Shown: positions 31,901 to 38,112 of the stretch, one piece after another
Numbering within the stretch: position 1 is the stretch's first letter
Layout of the letters: every line of letters starts with the position of its first letter
Source: Escherichia phage T7
Sequence record: MZ375238.1
Reading direction: 5' to 3' (one strand)
DNA: 38,112 nucleotides
The notes under the pieces: generated by a model
Told to the model about the DNA's origin: nothing
The model's database searches: none
Seen by the model: only the letters and a program-made list of their open reading frames with translations
Program-made: the position numbers and the translations under genes

Positions 31901-32915
31901 TCGCTCTCCGTGGACTAAGCTACTGAACGGAACCACTAACTACCTTCTGGATGCTGCGCGTCAAGGTATGCTTGGGGATGTTATTAGTGCCACCCTAACA
32001 GGTAAGACTACCCGCTGGGAGAAAGAAGGCTTCCTTCGTGGTGCCTCCGTAACTCCTGAGCAGATGGCTGGCATCAAGTCTCTCATCAAGGAACATATGG
32101 TACGCGGTGAGGACGGGAAGTTTACCGTTAAGGACAAGCAAGCGTTCTCTATGGACCCACGGGCTATGGACTTATGGAGACTGGCTGACAAGGTAGCTGA
32201 TGAGGCAATGCTGCGTCCACATAAGGTGTCCTTACAGGATTCCCATGCGTTCGGAGCACTAGGTAAGATGGTTATGCAGTTTAAGTCTTTCACTATCAAG
32301 TCCCTTAACTCTAAGTTCCTGCGAACCTTCTATGATGGATACAAGAACAACCGAGCGATTGACGCTGCGCTGAGCATCATCACCTCTATGGGTCTCGCTG
32401 GTGGTTTCTATGCTATGGCTGCACACGTCAAAGCATACGCTCTGCCTAAGGAGAAACGTAAGGAGTACTTGGAGCGTGCACTGGACCCAACCATGATTGC
32501 CCACGCTGCGTTATCTCGTAGTTCTCAATTGGGTGTTCCTTTGGCTATGGTTGACCTAGTTGGTGGTGTTTTAGGGTTCGAGTCCTCCAAGATGGCTCGC
32601 TCTACGATTCTACCTAAGGACACCGTGAAGGAACGTGACCCAAACAAACCGTACACCTCTAGAGAGGTAATGGGCGCTATGGGTTCAAACCTTCTGGAAC
32701 AGATGCCTTCGGCTGGCTTTGTGGCTAACGTAGGGGCTACCTTAATGAATGCTGCTGGCGTGGTCAACTCACCTAATAAAGCAACCGAGCAGGACTTCAT
32801 GACTGGTCTTATGAACTCCACAAAAGAGTTAGTACCGAACGACCCATTGACTCAACAGCTTGTGTTGAAGATTTATGAGGCGAACGGTGTTAACTTGAGG
32901 GAGCGTAGGAAATAA
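28959..32915 (+). CDS. Internal virion protein D (gene 16) with N-terminal lytic transglycosylase domain
   Basis: 1318-aa ORF; N-terminal region (...AWTESRFVPTAKSKTGPLGMMQFTKATA...) has the SLT-type catalytic Glu-Ser motif. Confidence 0.95.
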   Translation: MDKYDKNVPSDYDGLFQKAADANGVSYDLLRKVAWTESRFVPTAKSKTGPLGMMQFTKATAKALGLRVTDGPDDDRLNPELAINAAAKQLAGLVGKFDGDELKAALAYNQGEGRLGNPQLEAYSKGDFASISEEGRNYMRNLLDVAKSPMAGQLETFGGITPKGKGIPAEVGLAGIGHKQKVTQELPESTSFDVKGIEQEATAKPFAKDFWETHGETLDEYNSRSTFFGFKNAAEAELSNSVAGMAFRAGRLDNGFDVFKDTITPTRWNSHIWTPEELEKIRTEVKNPAYINVVTGGSPENLDDLIKLANENFENDSRAAEAGLGAKLSAGIIGAGVDPLSYVPMVGVTGKGFKLINKALVVGAESAALNVASEGLRTSVAGGDADYAGAALGGFVFGAGMSAISDAVAAGLKRSKPEAEFDNEFIGPMMRLEARETARNANSADLSRMNTENMKFEGEHNGVPYEDLPTERGAVVLHDGSVLSASNPINPKTLKEFSEVDPEKAARGIKLAGFTEIGLKTLGSDDADIRRVAIDLVRSPTGMQSGASGKFGATASDIHERLHGTDQRTYNDLYKAMSDAMKDPEFSTGGAKMSREETRYTIYRRAALAIERPELQKALTPSERIVMDIIKRHFDTKRELMENPAIFGNTKAVSIFPESRHKGTYVPHVYDRHAKALMIQRYGAEGLQEGIARSWMNSYVSRPEVKARVDEMLKELHGVKEVTPEMVEKYAMDKAYGISHSDQFTNSSIIEENIEGLVGIENNSFLEARNLFDSDLSITMPDGQQFSVNDLRDFDMFRIMPAYDRRVNSDIAIMGSTGKTTKELKDEILALKAKAEGDGKKTGEVHALMDTVKILTGRARRNQDTVWETSLRAINDLGFFAKNAYMGAQNITEIAGMIVTGNVRALGHGIPILRDTLYKSKPVSAKELKELHASLFGKEVDQLIRPKRADIVQRLREATDTGPAVANIVGTLKYSTQELAARSPWTKLLNGTTNYLLDAARQGMLGDVISATLTGKTTRWEKEGFLRGASVTPEQMAGIKSLIKEHMVRGEDGKFTVKDKQAFSMDPRAMDLWRLADKVADEAMLRPHKVSLQDSHAFGALGKMVMQFKSFTIKSLNSKFLRTFYDGYKNNRAIDAALSIITSMGLAGGFYAMAAHVKAYALPKEKRKEYLERALDPTMIAHAALSRSSQLGVPLAMVDLVGGVLGFESSKMARSTILPKDTVKERDPNKPYTSREVMGAMGSNLLEQMPSAGFVANVGATLMNAAGVVNSPNKATEQDFMTGLMNSTKELVPNDPLTQQLVLKIYEANGVNLRERRK

Positions 32916-32935
32916 TACGACTCACTATAGGGAGA
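32913..32935 (+). promoter_or_regulatory. T7 promoter phi17
   Basis: taatacgactcactatagggagaggcg; +1 at 32930. Confidence 0.9.
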
Positions 32936-32987
32936 GGCGAAATAATCTTCTCCCTGTAGTCTCTTAGATTTACTTTAAGGAGGTCAA

Positions 32988-34649
32988 ATGGCTAACGTAA
33001 TTAAAACCGTTTTGACTTACCAGTTAGATGGCTCCAATCGTGATTTTAATATCCCGTTTGAGTATCTAGCCCGTAAGTTCGTAGTGGTAACTCTTATTGG
33101 TGTAGACCGAAAGGTCCTTACGATTAATACAGACTATCGCTTTGCTACACGTACTACTATCTCTCTGACAAAGGCTTGGGGTCCAGCCGATGGCTACACG
33201 ACCATCGAGTTACGTCGAGTAACCTCCACTACCGACCGATTGGTTGACTTTACGGATGGTTCAATCCTCCGCGCGTATGACCTTAACGTCGCTCAGATTC
33301 AAACGATGCACGTAGCGGAAGAGGCCCGTGACCTCACTACGGATACTATCGGTGTCAATAACGATGGTCACTTGGATGCTCGTGGTCGTCGAATTGTGAA
33401 CCTAGCGAACGCCGTGGATGACCGCGATGCTGTTCCGTTTGGTCAACTAAAGACCATGAACCAGAACTCATGGCAAGCACGTAATGAAGCCTTACAGTTC
33501 CGTAATGAGGCTGAGACTTTCAGAAACCAAGCGGAGGGCTTTAAGAACGAGTCCAGTACCAACGCTACGAACACAAAGCAGTGGCGCGATGAGACCAAGG
33601 GTTTCCGAGACGAAGCCAAGCGGTTCGAGAATACGGCTGGTCAATACGCTACATCTGCTGGGAACTCTGCTTCCGCTGCGCATCAATCTGAGGTAAACGC
33701 TGAGAACTCTGCCACAGCATCCGCTAACTCTGCTCATTTGGCAGAACAGCAAGCAGACCGTGCGGAACGTGAGGCAGACAAGCTGGAAAATTACAATGGA
33801 TTGGCTGGTGCAATTGATAAGGTAGATGGAACCAATGTGTACTGGAAAGGAAATATTCACGCTAACGGGCGCCTTTACATGACCACAAACGGTTTTGACT
33901 GTGGCCAGTATCAACAGTTCTTTGGTGGTGTCACTAATCGTTACTCTGTCATGGAGTGGGGAGATGAGAACGGATGGCTGATGTATGTTCAACGTAGAGA
34001 GTGGACAACAGCGATAGGCGGTAACATCCAGTTAGTAGTAAACGGACAGATCATCACCCAAGGTGGAGCCATGACCGGTCAGCTAAAATTGCAGAATGGG
34101 CATGTTCTTCAATTAGAGTCCGCATCCGACAAGGCGCACTATATTCTATCTAAAGATGGTAACAGGAATAACTGGTACATTGGTAGAGGGTCAGATAACA
34201 ACAATGACTGTACCTTCCACTCCTATGTACATGGTACGACCTTAACACTCAAGCAGGACTATGCAGTAGTTAACAAACACTTCCACGTAGGTCAGGCCGT
34301 TGTGGCCACTGATGGTAATATTCAAGGTACTAAGTGGGGAGGTAAATGGCTGGATGCTTACCTACGTGACAGCTTCGTTGCGAAGTCCAAGGCGTGGACT
34401 CAGGTGTGGTCTGGTAGTGCTGGCGGTGGGGTAAGTGTGACTGTTTCACAGGATCTCCGCTTCCGCAATATCTGGATTAAGTGTGCCAACAACTCTTGGA
34501 ACTTCTTCCGTACTGGCCCCGATGGAATCTACTTCATAGCCTCTGATGGTGGATGGTTACGATTCCAAATACACTCCAACGGTCTCGGATTCAAGAATAT
34601 TGCAGACAGTCGTTCAGTACCTAATGCAATCATGGTGGAGAACGAGTAA
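32988..34649 (+). CDS. Tail fiber protein (gene 17)
   Basis: 553-aa ORF MANVIKTVLTYQLDGSNRDFNIPFEYLARKF... Confidence 0.97.
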   Translation: MANVIKTVLTYQLDGSNRDFNIPFEYLARKFVVVTLIGVDRKVLTINTDYRFATRTTISLTKAWGPADGYTTIELRRVTSTTDRLVDFTDGSILRAYDLNVAQIQTMHVAEEARDLTTDTIGVNNDGHLDARGRRIVNLANAVDDRDAVPFGQLKTMNQNSWQARNEALQFRNEAETFRNQAEGFKNESSTNATNTKQWRDETKGFRDEAKRFENTAGQYATSAGNSASAAHQSEVNAENSATASANSAHLAEQQADRAEREADKLENYNGLAGAIDKVDGTNVYWKGNIHANGRLYMTTNGFDCGQYQQFFGGVTNRYSVMEWGDENGWLMYVQRREWTTAIGGNIQLVVNGQIITQGGAMTGQLKLQNGHVLQLESASDKAHYILSKDGNRNNWYIGRGSDNNNDCTFHSYVHGTTLTLKQDYAVVNKHFHVGQAVVATDGNIQGTKWGGKWLDAYLRDSFVAKSKAWTQVWSGSAGGGVSVTVSQDLRFRNIWIKCANNSWNFFRTGPDGIYFIASDGGWLRFQIHSNGLGFKNIADSRSVPNAIMVENE

Positions 34650-34707
34650 TTGGTAAATCACAAGGAAAGACGTGTAGTCCACGGATGGACTCTCAAGGAG
34701 GTACAAG

Positions 34708-34911
34708 GTGCTATCATTAGACTTTAACAACGAATTGATTAAGGCTGCTCCAATTGTTGGGACGGGTGTAGCAGATGTTAGTGCTCGACTGTTCTTTGGG
34801 TTAAGCCTTAACGAATGGTTCTACGTTGCTGCTATCGCCTACACAGTGGTTCAGATTGGTGCCAAGGTAGTCGATAAGATGATTGACTGGAAGAAAGCCA
34901 ATAAGGAGTGA
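34708..34911 (+). CDS. Holin (gene 17.5)
   Basis: 67-aa ORF with one hydrophobic transmembrane segment (WFYVAAIAYTVVQIGAKVV). Confidence 0.88.
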   Translation: MLSLDFNNELIKAAPIVGTGVADVSARLFFGLSLNEWFYVAAIAYTVVQIGAKVVDKMIDWKKANKE

Positions 34912-34916
34912 TATGT

Positions 34917-35186
34917 ATGGAAAAGGATAAGAGCCTTATTACATTCTTAGAGATGTTGGACACTGCGATGGCTCAGCGTATGCTTGCGGACCTTTCGGAC
35001 CATGAGCGTCGCTCTCCGCAACTCTATAATGCTATTAACAAACTGTTAGACCGCCACAAGTTCCAGATTGGTAAGTTGCAGCCGGATGTTCACATCTTAG
35101 GTGGCCTTGCTGGTGCTCTTGAAGAGTACAAAGAGAAAGTCGGTGATAACGGTCTTACGGATGATGATATTTACACATTACAGTGA
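34917..35186 (+). CDS. Terminase small subunit (gene 18)
   Basis: 89 aa from ATG 34917 (MEKDKSLITFLEMLDTAMAQRMLADL...). Confidence 0.88.
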   Translation: MEKDKSLITFLEMLDTAMAQRMLADLSDHERRSPQLYNAINKLLDRHKFQIGKLQPDVHILGGLAGALEEYKEKVGDNGLTDDDIYTLQ

Positions 35187-35280
35187 TATACTCAAGGCCA
35201 CTACAGATAGTGGTCTTTATGGATGTCATTGTCTATACGAGATGCTCCTACGTGAAATCTGAAAGTTAACGGGAGGCATT

Positions 35281-35712
35281 ATGCTAGAATTTTTACGTAA
35301 GCTAATCCCTTGGGTTCTCGCTGGGATGCTATTCGGGTTAGGATGGCATCTAGGGTCAGACTCAATGGACGCTAAATGGAAACAGGAGGTACACAATGAG
35401 TACGTTAAGAGAGTTGAGGCTGCGAAGAGCACTCAAAGAGCAATCGATGCGGTATCTGCTAAGTATCAAGAAGACCTTGCCGCGCTGGAAGGGAGCACTG
35501 ATAGGATTATTTCTGATTTGCGTAGCGACAATAAGCGGTTGCGCGTCAGAGTCAAAACTACCGGAACCTCCGATGGTCAGTGTGGATTCGAGCCTGATGG
35601 TCGAGCCGAACTTGACGACCGAGATGCTAAACGTATTCTCGCAGTGACCCAGAAGGGTGACGCATGGATTCGTGCGTTACAGGATACTATTCGTGAACTG
35701 CAACGTAAGTAG
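35281..35712 (+). CDS. Gene 18.5 protein (Rz-like inner-membrane spanin)
   Basis: 143-aa ORF with N-terminal transmembrane segment (LIPWVLAGMLFGLGWHLG) and a coiled-coil-like remainder. Confidence 0.88.
   Translation: MLEFLRKLIPWVLAGMLFGLGWHLGSDSMDAKWKQEVHNEYVKRVEAAKSTQRAIDAVSAKYQEDLAALEGSTDRIISDLRSDNKRLRVRVKTTGTSDGQCGFEPDGRAELDDRDAKRILAVTQKGDAWIRALQDTIRELQRK
35396..35647 (+). CDS. Gene 18.7 protein (Rz1-like outer-membrane lipoprotein spanin), nested in +1 frame inside gene 18.5
   Basis: 83-aa ORF with lipobox-like LICVATISGCAS and a proline-rich tail; embedded-gene arrangement typical of Rz/Rz1. Confidence 0.8.
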   Translation: MSTLRELRLRRALKEQSMRYLLSIKKTLPRWKGALIGLFLICVATISGCASESKLPEPPMVSVDSSLMVEPNLTTEMLNVFSQ

Positions 35713-35733
35713 GAAATCAAGTAAGGAGGCAAT

Positions 35734-37494
35734 GTGTCTACTCAATCCAATCGTAATGCGCTCGTAGTGGCGCAACTGAAAGGAGACTTCGTGGCGTTCC
35801 TATTCGTCTTATGGAAGGCGCTAAACCTACCGGTGCCCACTAAGTGTCAGATTGACATGGCTAAGGTGCTGGCGAATGGAGACAACAAGAAGTTCATCTT
35901 ACAGGCTTTCCGTGGTATCGGTAAGTCGTTCATCACATGTGCGTTCGTTGTGTGGTCCTTATGGAGAGACCCTCAGTTGAAGATACTTATCGTATCAGCC
36001 TCTAAGGAGCGTGCAGACGCTAACTCCATCTTTATTAAGAACATCATTGACCTGCTGCCATTCCTATCTGAGTTAAAGCCAAGACCCGGACAGCGTGACT
36101 CGGTAATCAGCTTTGATGTAGGCCCAGCCAATCCTGACCACTCTCCTAGTGTGAAATCAGTAGGTATCACTGGTCAGTTAACTGGTAGCCGTGCTGACAT
36201 TATCATTGCGGATGACGTTGAGATTCCGTCTAACAGCGCAACTATGGGTGCCCGTGAGAAGCTATGGACTCTGGTTCAGGAGTTCGCTGCGTTACTTAAA
36301 CCGCTGCCTTCCTCTCGCGTTATCTACCTTGGTACACCTCAGACAGAGATGACTCTCTATAAGGAACTTGAGGATAACCGTGGGTACACAACCATTATCT
36401 GGCCTGCTCTGTACCCAAGGACACGTGAAGAGAACCTCTATTACTCACAGCGTCTTGCTCCTATGTTACGCGCTGAGTACGATGAGAACCCTGAGGCACT
36501 TGCTGGGACTCCAACAGACCCAGTGCGCTTTGACCGTGATGACCTGCGCGAGCGTGAGTTGGAATACGGTAAGGCTGGCTTTACGCTACAGTTCATGCTT
36601 AACCCTAACCTTAGTGATGCCGAGAAGTACCCGCTGAGGCTTCGTGACGCTATCGTAGCGGCCTTAGACTTAGAGAAGGCCCCAATGCATTACCAGTGGC
36701 TTCCGAACCGTCAGAACATCATTGAGGACCTTCCTAACGTTGGCCTTAAGGGTGATGACCTGCATACGTACCACGATTGTTCCAACAACTCAGGTCAGTA
36801 CCAACAGAAGATTCTGGTCATTGACCCTAGTGGTCGCGGTAAGGACGAAACAGGTTACGCTGTGCTGTACACACTGAACGGTTACATCTACCTTATGGAA
36901 GCTGGAGGTTTCCGTGATGGCTACTCCGATAAGACCCTTGAGTTACTCGCTAAGAAGGCAAAGCAATGGGGAGTCCAGACGGTTGTCTACGAGAGTAACT
37001 TCGGTGACGGTATGTTCGGTAAGGTATTCAGTCCTATCCTTCTTAAACACCACAACTGTGCGATGGAAGAGATTCGTGCCCGTGGTATGAAAGAGATGCG
37101 TATTTGCGATACCCTTGAGCCAGTCATGCAGACTCACCGCCTTGTAATTCGTGATGAGGTCATTAGGGCCGACTACCAGTCCGCTCGTGACGTAGACGGT
37201 AAGCATGACGTTAAGTACTCGTTGTTCTACCAGATGACCCGTATCACTCGTGAGAAAGGCGCTCTGGCTCATGATGACCGATTGGATGCCCTTGCGTTAG
37301 GCATTGAGTATCTCCGTGAGTCCATGCAGTTGGATTCCGTTAAGGTCGAGGGTGAAGTACTTGCTGACTTCCTTGAGGAACACATGATGCGTCCTACGGT
37401 TGCTGCTACGCATATCATTGAGATGTCTGTGGGAGGAGTTGATGTGTACTCTGAGGACGATGAGGGTTACGGTACGTCTTTCATTGAGTGGTGA
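35734..37494 (+). CDS. Terminase large subunit (gene 19)
   Basis: 586-aa ORF, GTG start (translated [24 protein letters not shown]...), with ATPase and nuclease regions. Confidence 0.95.
36368..36637 (+). CDS. Possible gene 19.2-type ORF embedded in gene 19 (alternate frame)
   Basis: 89-aa ORF in the ORF track at about the position where T7 annotates gene 19.2; exact start uncertain and expression not demonstrable from sequence. Confidence 0.3.
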
Positions 37495-37575
37495 TTTATG
37501 CATTAGGACTGCATAGGGATGCACTATAGACCACGGATGGTCAGTTCTTTAAGTTACTGAAAAGACACGATAAAT

Positions 37576-37598
37576 TAATACGACTCACTATAGGGAGA
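37576..37598 (+). promoter_or_regulatory. T7 promoter phiOR
   Basis: taatacgactcactatagggagaggag; +1 at 37593. Confidence 0.9.
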
Positions 37599-37752
37599 GG
37601 AGGGACGAAAGGTTACTATATAGATACTGAATGAATACTTATAGAGTGCATAAAGTATGCATAATGGTGTACCTAGAGTGACCTCTAAGAATGGTGATTA
37701 TATTGTATTAGTATCACCTTAACTTAAGGACCAACATAAAGGGAGGAGACTC

Positions 37753-37800
37753 ATGTTCCGCTTATTGTTGAACCTACTGCGGCATAGAGTCAAGTCCTAA
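37753..37800 (+). pseudogene. Truncated gene 19.5 (15 codons; deletion junction inside the ORF)
   Basis: RBS gggaggagact then ATG at 37753; MFRLLLNLLRHRV matches the gp19.5 N-terminus, then reads KS-stop instead of continuing TYRFLVVL... as recalled for T7. Confidence 0.75.
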
Positions 37801-37952
37801 GGTATACCCATAAAGAGCCTCTAATGGTCTATCCTAAGGTCTATACCTAAAGATAGGCCATCCTATCAGTGTCACCTAAAGAGGGTCTTAGAGAGGGCCT
37901 ATGGAGTTCCTATAGGGTCCTTTAAAATATACCATAAAAATCTGAGTGACTA

Positions 37953-38112
37953 TCTCACAGTGTACGGACCTAAAGTTCCCCCATAGGGGGTACCTAAAGC
38001 CCAGCCAATCACCTAAAGTCAACCTTCGGTTGACCTTGAGGGTTCCCTAAGGGTTGGGGATGACCCTTGGGTTTGTCTTTGGGTGTTACCTTGAGTGTCT
38101 CTCTGTGTCCCT
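37953..38112 (+). repeat. Right direct terminal repeat (160 bp)
   Basis: Identical to bases 1-160. Confidence 0.95.

Overview
This window is a complete, unit-length genome of a bacteriophage T7-type podovirus (almost certainly a T7 laboratory derivative), not a novel system. It has 160-bp direct terminal repeats at both ends, all genes are on the + strand in canonical T7 order, and the expected T7 RNA polymerase promoters (TAATACGACTCACTATAGGGAGA variants) precede the class II/III genes. I identified it by recognising the proteins and regulatory sequences directly; no search was run. Compared with the T7 reference as I recall it (39,937 bp; coordinates from memory, to be confirmed by alignment), the window is 1,825 bp shorter, and the shortfall is fully explained by three deletions: (1) about 1,480 bp in the early region, creating an in-frame fusion of the ocr (0.3) N-terminus to the C-terminal third of gp0.7 and removing genes 0.4, 0.5, 0.6 and the kinase domain of 0.7; (2) a 156-bp deletion that removes exactly the gene 1.4 reading frame and changes the first bases of the phi1.5 promoter; (3) a 189-bp deletion near the right end that truncates gene 19.5 to 15 codons. 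Gene spacing elsewhere is constant, so I see no evidence of inserted foreign DNA. I could not check for point mutations exhaustively.
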